Source of the DNA: Escherichia coli
GTDB lineage: Bacteria; Pseudomonadota; Gammaproteobacteria; Enterobacterales; Enterobacteriaceae
Reading direction: 5' to 3' (one strand)
Assembly: GCF_013315695.1 (NCBI RefSeq)
Contig: NZ_CP054353.1
Length of the DNA: 64,000 nucleotides
Below, in pieces: positions 21,381-31,078 of the stretch. Position 1 is the first letter of the stretch; each line of letters begins with the position of its first letter. The notes beneath the pieces were generated by a model. That model was not told the origin of the DNA and did no database searches. It saw nothing but the letters and a program-made list of their open reading frames with translations. The position numbers were made by a program, and so were the translations under genes.

Positions 21381-22538
21381 GTGACTTATCTACGTATTAA
21401 TCCTGTTCTGGCGCTGTTGCTGTTGCTGACGGCAATCGCAGCGGCGCTGCCGTTTATCAGTTACGCGCCTAATCGTTTAGTTTCGGGTGAGGGGCGTCAT
21501 CTCTGGCAGCTGTGGCCGCAAACGATCTGGATGCTGGTGGGCGTTGGTTGCGCCTGGATGACAGCCTGTTTTATTCCCGCTAAAAAAGGCAGCATTTTTG
21601 CACTCATTCTGGCGCAATTCGTCTTCGTATTGCTGGTGTGGGGAGCAGGAAAGGCGGCGACACAACTGGCACAAAATGGCAGTGCGCTGGCGCGTACCAG
21701 CCTCGGCAGTGGTTTCTGGCTGGCTGCGGCGCTGGCATTGCTGGCCTGTAGCGATGCCATCCGCCGAATCTCCACGCATCCGCTGTGGCGCTGGTTGTTG
21801 CATATGCAGATTGCCATTATTCCGCTGTGGTTGCTGTACTCCGGCACGCTTAACGATCTCTCGCTAATGAAAGAATACGCCAACCGTCAGGATGTGTTTG
21901 ACGACGCGCTGGCACAACATCTGACGTTGCTGTTTGGTGCGGTGCTGCCTGCGTTAGTGATTGGTGTGCCGTTGGGCGTCTGGTGCTACTTTTCCACTGC
22001 GCGGCAGGGGGCGATTTTTTCGCTACTCAATGTCATTCAGACCGTGCCTTCGGTGGCGCTCTTTGGCCTGTTGATTGCGCCGCTTGCCGCGCTGGTTACG
22101 GCCTTTCCGTGGCTGGGTAAGCTCGGCATAGCAGGAACCGGAATGACACCCGCACTGATTGCGCTGGTGCTCTATGCCTTGCTGCCGCTGGTGCGCGGCG
22201 TGGTAGTCGGCTTGAACCAGATCCCGCGCGATGTGCTGGAGAGCGCCAGAGCGATGGGCATGAGCGGGGCGCAGCGATTCCTGCATGTTCAGTTACCGCT
22301 GGCGTTACCGGTATTTCTGCGTAGCCTGCGGGTGGTGATGGTGCAAACCGTCGGCATGGCGGTGATTGCGGCGTTAATCGGCGCAGGCGGTTTTGGTGCG
22401 CTGGTTTTCCAGGGGCTGCTAAGCAGTGCCATTGATTTAGTGTTGCTGGGGGTGATCCCGGTAATTGTTCTGGCGGTGCTGATCGATGCGCTGTTCGATT
22501 TGCTTATCGCACTGCTGAAGGTGAAACGTAATGATTGA
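21381..22538 (+). CDS. yehY: ABC transporter permease YehY
   Basis: 385-aa hydrophobic ORF (GTG start), overlaps yehX start. Confidence 0.85.
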   Translation: MTYLRINPVLALLLLLTAIAAALPFISYAPNRLVSGEGRHLWQLWPQTIWMLVGVGCAWMTACFIPAKKGSIFALILAQFVFVLLVWGAGKAATQLAQNGSALARTSLGSGFWLAAALALLACSDAIRRISTHPLWRWLLHMQIAIIPLWLLYSGTLNDLSLMKEYANRQDVFDDALAQHLTLLFGAVLPALVIGVPLGVWCYFSTARQGAIFSLLNVIQTVPSVALFGLLIAPLAALVTAFPWLGKLGIAGTGMTPALIALVLYALLPLVRGVVVGLNQIPRDVLESARAMGMSGAQRFLHVQLPLALPVFLRSLRVVMVQTVGMAVIAALIGAGGFGALVFQGLLSSAIDLVLLGVIPVIVLAVLIDALFDLLIALLKVKRND

Positions 22539-23457
22539 ATTTAGCCATGTCAGCAAACTGTTCGGCGCACAAAAAGCCGTTAACGATCTCAATCTCAATT
22601 TTCAGGAAGGGAGTTTTTCGGTGCTGATTGGCACTTCTGGCTCCGGCAAATCCACCACCCTGAAAATGATTAACCGCCTGGTGGAGCATGACAGCGGCGT
22701 GATCCGCTTTGCCGGAGAAGAAATTCGCTCGCTGCGAGTACTGGAGTTGCGCCGCCGGATGGGCTATGCCATTCAATCTATTGGCCTGTTTCCCCACTGG
22801 AGCGTGGCGCAAAATATTGCCACCGTGCCGCAATTACAAAAATGGTCACGGGCGCGGATCGACGATCGTATCGACGAATTAATGGCGCTACTGGGGCTGG
22901 AGCCAAATTTGCGTGAGCGTTATCCGCATCAGCTTTCCGGTGGTCAGCAGCAACGTGTGGGAGTGGCGCGCGCACTGGCTGCCGATCCGCAAGTCTTACT
23001 GATGGATGAACCTTTTGGCGCGCTGGACCCGGTAACGCGCGGCGCGTTGCAACAAGAGATGACGCGCATACACCGTTTGCTGGGGCGTACCATTGTGCTG
23101 GTCACTCATGATATTGATGAGGCGCTACGGCTGGCAGAACATCTGGTATTGATGGATCACGGTGAAGTGGTGCAGCAGGGCAATCCGCTGACGATGCTGA
23201 CTCGTCCGGCGAATGATTTTGTTCGCCAGTTTTTTGGACGTAGTGAACTGGGTGTGCGCCTGCTTTCGTTACGTAGTGTGGCGGATTACGTGCGTCGCGA
23301 AGAACGTGCAGAAGGTGAGGCACTGGCAGAAGAGATGACGCTACGCGATGCGCTCTCCCTGTTTGTCGCGCGGGGATGCGAGGTGCTGCCGGTGATGAAC
23401 ACGCAGGGCCAGCCTTGCGGCACGCTGCATTTTCAGGATCTGCTGGTGGAGGCGTAA
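22531..23457 (+). CDS. yehX: ABC transporter ATP-binding protein YehX
   Basis: Walker [13 protein letters not shown] signature LSGGQQQRV, Walker B LLMDEP. Confidence 0.9.
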   Translation: MIEFSHVSKLFGAQKAVNDLNLNFQEGSFSVLIGTSGSGKSTTLKMINRLVEHDSGVIRFAGEEIRSLRVLELRRRMGYAIQSIGLFPHWSVAQNIATVPQLQKWSRARIDDRIDELMALLGLEPNLRERYPHQLSGGQQQRVGVARALAADPQVLLMDEPFGALDPVTRGALQQEMTRIHRLLGRTIVLVTHDIDEALRLAEHLVLMDHGEVVQQGNPLTMLTRPANDFVRQFFGRSELGVRLLSLRSVADYVRREERAEGEALAEEMTLRDALSLFVARGCEVLPVMNTQGQPCGTLHFQDLLVEA

Positions 23458-23461
23458 ACGT

Positions 23462-24193
23462 ATGAAGATGTTGCGCGATCCGCTGTTCTGGCTCATTGCT
23501 CTGTTTGTGGCACTGATTTTCTGGCTGCCTTACAGCCAGCCGCTGTTTGCTGCCTTGTTCCCACAACTGCCACGCCCCGTTTATCAGCAAGAGAGTTTTG
23601 CAGCTCTGGCACTGGCTCATTTCTGGCTGGTGGGAATTTCGAGTTTGTTTGCGGTGATCATTGGTACTGGTGCCGGAATTGCTGTCACTCGCCCTTGGGG
23701 CGCGGAATTTCGTCCACTGGTGGAAACTATTGCCGCCGTTGGACAGACTTTTCCGCCCGTTGCAGTGCTGGCGATTGCCGTTCCGGTGATCGGCTTTGGC
23801 CTGCAACCGGCGATTATCGCCTTGATCCTTTACGGTGTGCTACCCGTCCTGCAGGCGACACTTGCCGGGCTGGGATCGATTGATGCCAGCGTGACCGAAG
23901 TTGCCAAAGGCATGGGAATGAGTCGTGGTCAGCGACTGCGTAAGGTCGAGCTACCGCTGGCGGCTCCGGTGATTCTGGCGGGCGTGCGAACTTCGGTGAT
24001 TATCAACATTGGTACGGCGACGATCGCCTCAACGGTAGGGGCCAGCACGCTGGGTACGCCCATCATCATCGGGCTTAGCGGATTTAATACCGCGTATGTG
24101 ATCCAGGGGGCGTTACTGGTGGCACTGGCGGCGATCATCGCAGACCGCCTGTTTGAAAGGCTGGTGCAGGCGTTCAGCCAGCACGCAAAATAA
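23462..24193 (+). CDS. yehW: ABC transporter permease YehW
   Basis: 243-aa hydrophobic ORF completing the yehZYXW operon. Confidence 0.85.
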
Positions 24194-24281
24194 AGGTATA
24201 ACCTGCGAGCATGACGCCACCAATTCCGCCTAACGCCATAAACAGGAACAGGGCGATGACTCCAATTTTAGCTATGCGCAT
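24174..24281 (-). CDS. yohO: small membrane protein YohO (35 aa)
   Basis: Minus-strand [38 protein letters not shown]; overlaps the yehW 3' end convergently. Confidence 0.7.
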
Positions 24282-24340
24282 AATGCACTCCTTATGTTAA
24301 CGAAAGGATTGTACAGTAAAGCGCATTTGTTAACGAATCA

Positions 24341-25027
24341 TTAAATGCCGAGTGGGAAAATATCATGGCCTTGTTCCTGCCAACTGGTGAGTTGCTGCTG
24401 TTGGGCGGAGGTTCGATTTTCACCGCACCACACCAGCAATGTACGGCCTTCGAACAGTTCAGGGCGTAGTTGATTGAGCGAGTGGGCGAGGACATCAATG
24501 CGCCATCCTTGTTGACTGGCAATCCAGCCCTCCAGCCACAGACGGGTGGTATCCTGAATATTCCAGCCAACCACCAGCGCATCTTTACCCTGTTTTTTAC
24601 GTGCCGAAGCCAGACAAATGGCAATGTAGTTGATCAGTACGCCGTCGAGGATCGCCAGCAGCGCCTGGAGAGTCGGTTGTTGGCACTGAAGCCGTCGGCG
24701 CAGTGGAATGAACAGATGTGTGGTGAGTGTCTGGGCGGGGTAATCCTGACCGCGCTCTTTGATCCACGTTCGCAGGCTATGCAGATTGCCGCTTTGCAGG
24801 TAAGTCAGTAATGTTTCTTGCTGATCGCGCCAGCCGTTCTGCACATCAACATTTTCATTACTGAGCAGCATTTTTACTTTGCTGACCTGCACGCCATTGT
24901 CGATCCAGCGTTTGATCTCGCGGATCCGGTCAATATCGGCATCGTTGAACAGCCGATGACCGCCGTCTGTCCGTTGCGGTTTCAGCAATCCGTAACGCCT
25001 CTGCCACGCGCGTAACGTGACAGGGAT
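24341..25027 (-). pseudogene. mlrA: MerR-family curli regulator MlrA (YehV), 5' end replaced by prophage DNA
   Basis: Reading frame matches MlrA from ...PVTLRAWQRRYGLLKPQRTDGGHRLF onward; upstream codons diverge and hit an in-frame stop, with no ATG for the native N-terminus (MALYTIGEVALLCDIN missing); first in-frame ATG gives the 215-aa ORF 24341..24988. Confidence 0.7.
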
Positions 25028-25062
25028 TAAGGGTAAACTAACTGATTTTACAAGTTTTTATT

Positions 25063-26349
25063 TTACCCCACTTTCTTATGGGGCATACATGGGACACTTT
25101 CAGATAGTCTTTTGTTAAGGAGTTCTATCTGTTCGTGATTGTTGTCTTTCATCCATGCTCCGTAAACATTGAATACCATTTGTGCGTTTGTGTGGCCCAT
25201 CTGGCTTGCGATAAAACTAGGATTAGCTCCAGCGGCAAGTGACCAGCATGCATAAGTATGCCTGGATTGGTACGATTTTCTGTGTCTCAGACCTGCGTGT
25301 TTTAAGATACTTGTCCATGACTCCCTGATGGAGTCAACCTTATAGTGCGGTCCGGAAAACTGCCGCTGTTTTATTACCTGAGGACTAAAAACAAAAGTGC
25401 ATTTATGCACAGTACTTCTCCCATATTCCCTCTGCTTTACCTCTACAGAATGTTGCTTTCCAAGCATGGTCATTTCCGCCTGACTTTTAAGAGCATCAAT
25501 AGCTGGTTGAACCAGATGAATTGTCCTTCCGGTGCCAGCATCGGTTTTTGGTGGAGTGAATTCGCCAAGTTTTGTATAATTCCTACGGATGGTTATAGTC
25601 CTTGCTTTAAGATCTATATCTTCCCATGCCAGCGATACCAGCTCCCCGTGACGAATACCCGTGTATACAGCGAGAATCCACAGGTTTTTTGTTTGTTGAT
25701 GACGGCAAGCCTCAATAAAACGAATAAATTCGTCACGGGTGAGAGGATCTGGTTTTACCTTGGACTTTTTTAAGGGAGCCAGACCGTTAAATGGGTTTCC
25801 TGAGGTATAACCATTATCTGTTGCAAATTGAAACATTCCAGCTATGGTTGTCATATAGTAGTTTACCGTGACCACTGAGCGCCCTTTTATGGAAGAAGTC
25901 TTTCCATTAGAAAGTTTTTGGTAACCGGTCAACAAATCTCTCCTTACGAAAAGTAAATCCTCTTTTGTTATGGATGAAACCAGTTTTTTTTCACCTAACA
26001 TTGGTAACATGTTTTTAATTACTGACTGGTAACGGTTAAGTGCATTCGCACAAATCTCAATTTTCTTAAGGTCCAACCATTTTTCCGAAAGTGCCTTAAC
26101 GGTTATCTCTCTTTTTCCCAGACCAAAGTGTTTCAGGTTAGGGGAATTAGGGAACTGCGCGGAGTAGTCGAAACTCCCCATTCTGATTGCAAAACAAACG
26201 GAAGTGCGAAGTTCACCAGCGATCTTCCGGTTTTTGGCTGTGTCAGGAACACCGAGGTTTTCTCTGACACGTTTGCCATTATAGTGAAACCATATACGGA
26301 GTGATCCTCCATGGTTTTCAACGCCTGTCGGGTATGATGCGTTACTCAT
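25063..26349 (-). CDS. int: tyrosine-type site-specific integrase
   Basis: 428-aa ORF with R (GIRHGEL), HxxR (SRHTYA) and catalytic Y (VFNVYGAW) motifs; adjacent to the attL junction. Confidence 0.9.
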   Translation of the reverse strand: MSNASYPTGVENHGGSLRIWFHYNGKRVRENLGVPDTAKNRKIAGELRTSVCFAIRMGSFDYSAQFPNSPNLKHFGLGKREITVKALSEKWLDLKKIEICANALNRYQSVIKNMLPMLGEKKLVSSITKEDLLFVRRDLLTGYQKLSNGKTSSIKGRSVVTVNYYMTTIAGMFQFATDNGYTSGNPFNGLAPLKKSKVKPDPLTRDEFIRFIEACRHQQTKNLWILAVYTGIRHGELVSLAWEDIDLKARTITIRRNYTKLGEFTPPKTDAGTGRTIHLVQPAIDALKSQAEMTMLGKQHSVEVKQREYGRSTVHKCTFVFSPQVIKQRQFSGPHYKVDSIRESWTSILKHAGLRHRKSYQSRHTYACWSLAAGANPSFIASQMGHTNAQMVFNVYGAWMKDNNHEQIELLNKRLSESVPCMPHKKVG

Positions 26350-26382
26350 TAAACCTCCCAGACGTCCAGGAGCATTAACAGG

Positions 26383-26637
26383 TTAACCGGAACTTGCATT
26401 TTTGGCACCTGGTTGTTTCTGGTTTTCGATCCATCGCATAATTTCTTCGATGTTGTACAGGCATTCACTGTAGTGCCTCGGATCACCTTCTACAGCGTAA
26501 TGGCGGTATTCTTTTCCCTGCATCCATGACTTTCTTCTTGCCCGCTCAATGGTGCCAGGCTTTAGCCCTGTTGATGCAATGAGGACTCTCTCCGTACACC
26601 ATTTGCTGGGGGTTATCTGATAGATGATTGTCTGCAT
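26383..26637 (-). CDS. xis: excisionase-like protein
   Basis: 84-aa basic ORF immediately upstream of int; typical xis position. Confidence 0.6.
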   Translation of the reverse strand: MQTIIYQITPSKWCTERVLIASTGLKPGTIERARRKSWMQGKEYRHYAVEGDPRHYSECLYNIEEIMRWIENQKQPGAKNASSG

Positions 26638-26654
26638 GCCAACCTCATAAAATT

Positions 26655-26790
26655 TTCATCCACGGCAGTGGCACCACACGTCAAACATTCGCTTCACAAC
26701 TTCACGACAGTAGAAGCCGTCAACATCTCGCGTCAGGTCATAGCGATTGCCGTAACGCTGGTGGACCCATCGTTCAAATGCTTTATTCAT
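26655..26790 (-). CDS. small phage protein (44 aa)
   Basis: ORF MNKAFERWVHQRYGNRYDLTRDVDGFY...; below the ORF-track size cutoff. Confidence 0.4.
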
Positions 26791-26793
26791 TCT

Positions 26794-27072
26794 TTACTTC
26801 CTTTTTATGGCTCGTAATTTTTTCAGGTGCTTTTCCTGCTCAGTGTCCGCGAGAATTTTGCGGTACTCCTGGTGGTCAATATGTTCGAACAGGCAGTTTA
26901 ACTCACCAATGCGTACCCGCCCGGATCGTCCGTCCATCCGTCGAAAGAACACTGAGTGCTCAGTGATGCGAGTAATCACCACGGGGTATCCGGCTCTGTC
27001 CGTGTATATCTGACCGCGTTGAATCAAAGCGAACATGTGGTTATCCCCATCGACAAATCGAGAACACAACAA
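26794..27072 (-). CDS. hypothetical early-left protein
   Basis: 92-aa ORF; true start may be the internal Met (MFALIQRGQIYTD...). Confidence 0.4.
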   Translation of the reverse strand: MLCSRFVDGDNHMFALIQRGQIYTDRAGYPVVITRITEHSVFFRRMDGRSGRVRIGELNCLFEHIDHQEYRKILADTEQEKHLKKLRAIKRK

Positions 27073-27120
27073 ACGCTGCTGCGAATACCACCCCCAGAGT
27101 TACGATTGCATCAGGCCAGC

Positions 27121-27639
27121 TCATTGATTCACCTCCTGCCTGTCGTCCGGCATTCGCTCACTACAGCTTATCCAACCATCCGGAGTTACCGGAGAGCTGG
27201 TTGACGCTTCCGGGATTTTCCGAAAATTATTGGTTGACGAATCTTTATTTTCCCGAAAGTTTCCGGACTGAAGCATGGCTTCGCGGCAATCGTTCCAGCC
27301 TGTAGCGTATGCAGCCGCTTTGCTGCTGCCTTCAACTGGCGCATCCTGCCAATACATTTCTTCCGGCACTACCGGCGCTGGAGGGGCGGCGTAAATGCCC
27401 TCTATCACTAAATGTTTGCGCTCAAAATCATCTGGCTCTCGATGATATACGTAACTCCAATCACCAAGGTTATCATTGCGCCTGCAACGGAAACCTATCG
27501 GCTCTGCTTCCAGCGATGCCAGAGCAATTCGTGCCAGTTCTTCCGCTTCTTCTGCTGGCAGTACAACGTTGCTACCCGGTCCGTATGTTTCGCGCCACTG
27601 CTTGATTGTCAGCAGTCGCTCTTTGGTAATAGTGATCAT
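27121..27639 (-). CDS. hypothetical early-left protein
   Basis: 172-aa ORF, 4-bp overlap (translational coupling) with the upstream gene. Confidence 0.5.
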   Translation of the reverse strand: MITITKERLLTIKQWRETYGPGSNVVLPAEEAEELARIALASLEAEPIGFRCRRNDNLGDWSYVYHREPDDFERKHLVIEGIYAAPPAPVVPEEMYWQDAPVEGSSKAAAYATGWNDCREAMLQSGNFRENKDSSTNNFRKIPEASTSSPVTPDGWISCSERMPDDRQEVNQ

Positions 27640-28151
27640 GCCGCGTTTCCTTCTTTCTTATTAACAATTACACCGTCATATATTTCATTAAGGTGCCCTC
27701 TCAACTCCATGCGCCTTAATGCAGATAACATGTAATCGCATTCAACCTGCTTATTCCCGGTAAATGGCTTATCGTCAGGATTACCCCAACAGCAATTACC
27801 CCTGGGCCATCCATGTACTTTCCGTACTCTTCCGTTAACAACGTGAAGTAATCCCCAGCCGGGAGGTAAATCCTCAACTGAAATAATTTCCGGCTCACTA
27901 ATAAAGAATCGCCAGTCGCCCATGCCAAGTGAGGGATTTTTACGGAAACGCTTTTTTCTATCTGCCAACAAGTCAGCACGAGAACACTTCGCCTCTATCA
28001 GGCATGATGCTGAATTTCTGAATCCCATAGCATCTGGCTGTTCTCCGGTACTGGTTACAGCAACAAAGCGGTCATGAAAGCAAACCTTGAACCCGTTGCG
28101 CTTAAGGAACTTGTACGCAATCTGACAGAGTTCGTGGTGTGTTAACGCCAT
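27636..28151 (-). CDS. PD-(D/E)xK-type nuclease-like protein
   Basis: 171-aa ORF with an E-x-PD...IEAK arrangement (GEQPDAMGF ... CLIEAKCS) typical of restriction-endonuclease-fold nucleases. Confidence 0.5.
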   Translation of the reverse strand: MALTHHELCQIAYKFLKRNGFKVCFHDRFVAVTSTGEQPDAMGFRNSASCLIEAKCSRADLLADRKKRFRKNPSLGMGDWRFFISEPEIISVEDLPPGWGLLHVVNGRVRKVHGWPRGNCCWGNPDDKPFTGNKQVECDYMLSALRRMELRGHLNEIYDGVIVNKKEGNAA

Positions 28152-28152
28152 A

Positions 28153-28752
28153 TCACTCTCCTTTGATGCGAATGTCAGCGACGCGTAATGCGTGTTCTAG
28201 GTCAATCAGGTAAAGCCAACTGCCATTTTCTTTAGGTATCATGACTTGTCGCTCATCTGCATTTATGGGGTGTCCATATCGAAGGTCGTAGCGAGTCGGT
28301 AATTGAACTTCCCGCGCTTCCAGTTCAGCAATACGCTTGCACCCATCAGAGATAACTCCCTCATAATACTCGCGCTGCTCGTTGAGTTTTGATTTTGTCT
28401 CCTCAAGCTCAACGCGCAGCTTCCCTACCGTTAGCGCAATATCCTCGTTCTCCTGGTCGCGGCGTTTGATGTATTGCTGGTTTCTTTCCTGTTCATCCAG
28501 CAGTGCCAGCACGGTAGCCGGGTTAGCCTCTGCTATGAATTCAGCGTTTGCATAAGCCTGAGCATCTGTTTCAACCAGGCAGTTAACGTGACATTCTGCA
28601 ATTACGCCACCGGGTTCTCCTTTCCATTTTTGACAAACAAAAACTCCTGTTAAATTGCCGTGTTGGTTAACAGATGTATGCCCTACGATGTAGCTTCCTT
28701 TAGTTGCTTTCTCTGCCTTTTCACGCAGTACCTGATAGTTAATGTTGCTCAC
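28153..28752 (-). CDS. Ead/Ea22-like protein
   Basis: 199-aa ORF with NPATVLALLDE motif and coiled-coil region, as in lambdoid ea22-like genes. Confidence 0.55.
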   Translation of the reverse strand: MSNINYQVLREKAEKATKGSYIVGHTSVNQHGNLTGVFVCQKWKGEPGGVIAECHVNCLVETDAQAYANAEFIAEANPATVLALLDEQERNQQYIKRRDQENEDIALTVGKLRVELEETKSKLNEQREYYEGVISDGCKRIAELEAREVQLPTRYDLRYGHPINADERQVMIPKENGSWLYLIDLEHALRVADIRIKGE

Positions 28753-28988
28753 TGGTTGCCTCCTTTACGGATCTGCGCTGCGATGCACGAAAAAAAAGAC
28801 TTTCGCGTATGACTGTTAAGAGCTGGCGCGAACGCCGCGTTAAGAACGGCGGCATCACAGCCGTCATCGATATAGAGCGCAATTTTTTTCTCCAGGCGTG
28901 CTTTGGCTTCCTGCAACTGCATATCCCGGCACGCACGCGGGATATACTCAGCAATTTGAGCGATAGATTTTTCGTTCTGTTTAAACAT
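28749..28988 (-). CDS. hypothetical small protein
   Basis: 79-aa ORF in a run of overlapping early-left genes. Confidence 0.4.
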   Translation of the reverse strand: MFKQNEKSIAQIAEYIPRACRDMQLQEAKARLEKKIALYIDDGCDAAVLNAAFAPALNSHTRKSFFSCIAAQIRKGGNQ

Positions 28989-29184
28989 GCTTCACCTCGA
29001 TAGGCTTGATGGTATCGATCAGCAGTCGGCGGCGAGTATTTTCTGCAAAGTGGCGGCGTCCGGTTTCTTTGTGGTAAAACTCGTTTTTTCCGACGACCCA
29101 CATCCGCTTTGTCTGGTGCAGTTTTTTTACCTGCGGACCGTCTCGGGTGATAACAATTCCTGTATGAGTTTTTATCACGCTCAT
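28981..29184 (-). CDS. hypothetical small basic protein
   Basis: 67-aa ORF overlapping its neighbours. Confidence 0.4.
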   Translation of the reverse strand: MSVIKTHTGIVITRDGPQVKKLHQTKRMWVVGKNEFYHKETGRRHFAENTRRRLLIDTIKPIEVKHV

Positions 29185-29543
29185 TTTTTATTCTTCGGTG
29201 CTTTCGGCATTACTGCCCAGTGAGTGATATTGACGTTTTCAAGGTCCCCGACCTGAAATGTCCACAGCCATTCTCCGGTTTCTTTTTGTCCCCAGGTGTA
29301 CCAGAGAGAACGCCAGCCAATTAGCCAGCCTTCTCCGTTAGCATCAAATAACAGAACACTTTCATTTGCTGGTGGCAGTTCAGCTGACACTGGTATTATT
29401 TTGTTTTCCAGTGCCGCACATTTAGCTTCAAGCGCGTCGAATTTACGTAACAGGTACTCAGCATTTGTTTCATTCACTTTCAGATCTCGCGGTACACATT
29501 TCCCGCGAAGAAACCCTTCCATTTCGAAAACATTCATGCGCAT
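29181..29543 (-). CDS. DUF551-like phage protein
   Basis: 120-aa ORF with GEGWLIGWRSLWYTWGQ tryptophan-rich motif. Confidence 0.45.
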   Translation of the reverse strand: MRMNVFEMEGFLRGKCVPRDLKVNETNAEYLLRKFDALEAKCAALENKIIPVSAELPPANESVLLFDANGEGWLIGWRSLWYTWGQKETGEWLWTFQVGDLENVNITHWAVMPKAPKNKK

Positions 29544-30139
29544 TTGCGTAACTCCGATAAATCGTTAAAACGTTCCATAAACATCCCGTAGGCATGACCC
29601 GGTGCCAGTGGAATCACGTTGAACATCTCTGTTGCCGGGATGCCTTCCAGTACTGGCCAGAAAGAGCCATCATCAAGCCCGAGATCGCGGCGTTCGGTTG
29701 CCAGCATGATGAGATCGGCATATTTCACAGGCGTGCGCATAACCGGGGGTAACCCGTATTTCTCACGGATTACGGCGTCTATTTTTTCTTCCATCCGTTT
29801 ATAGTCAGGAAGAAGGCGTTTCAGTGGAGCGGGAATATCCTGGCAATACGCTTCTGTTGCATCATGCATTAACGCTTCAAAAGCAAATTCCTGCGGCACC
29901 AGCTGGCTGCAAAGCACCGCATGCTGGGCGACACTGTAGAAGTGTGAAAGATGTCCTGCAAAGCGACAGATATTTGAAAGGGAAACCGCGATATCGTTAA
30001 TCACGATGTCGTCTTTATTTATCTTGTCATAATAAAAATGCTTCCCGGAAAAAGTTTTAATAAATGACATTTCGTTCTCCACTTTATATGCGCTGCACCG
30101 CTCTGAATTTTGATTGCAGCAATCCAGCCCATTTGACAT
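29534..30139 (-). CDS. HD-domain metal-dependent phosphohydrolase (5'-nucleotidase-like)
   Basis: 201-aa ORF with H...HD motif (SVAQHAVLCS ... ALMHDATEAY). Confidence 0.55.
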   Translation of the reverse strand: MSNGLDCCNQNSERCSAYKVENEMSFIKTFSGKHFYYDKINKDDIVINDIAVSLSNICRFAGHLSHFYSVAQHAVLCSQLVPQEFAFEALMHDATEAYCQDIPAPLKRLLPDYKRMEEKIDAVIREKYGLPPVMRTPVKYADLIMLATERRDLGLDDGSFWPVLEGIPATEMFNVIPLAPGHAYGMFMERFNDLSELRKCA

Positions 30140-30160
30140 GGGATGATTGCTGCAATTTTT

Positions 30161-31078
30161 TTAAGTTGTTGGATTTTGGCTTTTATCTTCTTTGTAAGAA
30201 AGAAGGTCACACATCAAATTAACTACCTTGCTGAATTGGAAAAGGTCAGCGCCAGTCTGATGACGCCACTGGAATGCTTTATCATCTTCATCATTAAATG
30301 TCTGAGATTGAGTATTGATGCGCGAAAAATGGAAATTTTCGGTAAGAATGAAGGTCACACCGCAACCGGATAACTCCATTTTATCAGCAGTGAAACTACT
30401 ACTAAGGCTATCGGCCAGTTCGCTTTGAATTGACTCATGCTCAGCTGAGTAGCGAATAATTTCCTTTTGATCTGCGTAGCGTGATAGCTGAATATAATTT
30501 CCGACAGTGAATCCTTCAAATGCATTGGCTGCACCATTGATGTAGTTATTCAGGCGTGTAGTCAGTCCATTCTTGATATCACTGATGTTGATTGTTTCTG
30601 TTTTCACTGAACCGACAACCTTAATCAGCATTGCGCATACCATACCGGCTATTATTTTATTGGTTGTGTTGATTACCAATAATTTCTCATCAGTGCTGTA
30701 CAATGCAAGAATCAGAGTAGACTTAACAAATGCCTGTTTGCATAGATCTACTCGTACGTTATCAATAATGGCCAGTCGTTCGGCACGCTTTAATTTATTC
30801 CCGGACATATTTTCGGTTGTTTGGATTCGAGAATTAGCTTCTTTCATGACGACATGTCGGGGAATTATTTTCTGATCATGACGGATTACCATTGCGTACC
30901 CACCAGATATCGGAGTTACCAGTTCACCAGTGACAGGATTCTCTACAAAAGAGGACCGTGAAAATTCTGTTTCCCCGATTTCAGAATAAGGGAGTTCGAG
31001 AAGATGACCTTCAATAGCCTGTATACTAGGTAATGTTGCTCGGTACACAATTGCGTTACGAAATTTTGGTAATTTCAT
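30161..31078 (-). CDS. RdgC-like recombination-associated protein
   Basis: Long ORF 30161..31279; likely start MKLPKFRNAIVYRATLP at 31078 with a GAGGAAAA RBS; RdgC-like N-terminus; AT-rich. Confidence 0.5.
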   Translation of the reverse strand: MKLPKFRNAIVYRATLPSIQAIEGHLLELPYSEIGETEFSRSSFVENPVTGELVTPISGGYAMVIRHDQKIIPRHVVMKEANSRIQTTENMSGNKLKRAERLAIIDNVRVDLCKQAFVKSTLILALYSTDEKLLVINTTNKIIAGMVCAMLIKVVGSVKTETINISDIKNGLTTRLNNYINGAANAFEGFTVGNYIQLSRYADQKEIIRYSAEHESIQSELADSLSSSFTADKMELSGCGVTFILTENFHFSRINTQSQTFNDEDDKAFQWRHQTGADLFQFSKVVNLMCDLLSYKEDKSQNPTT

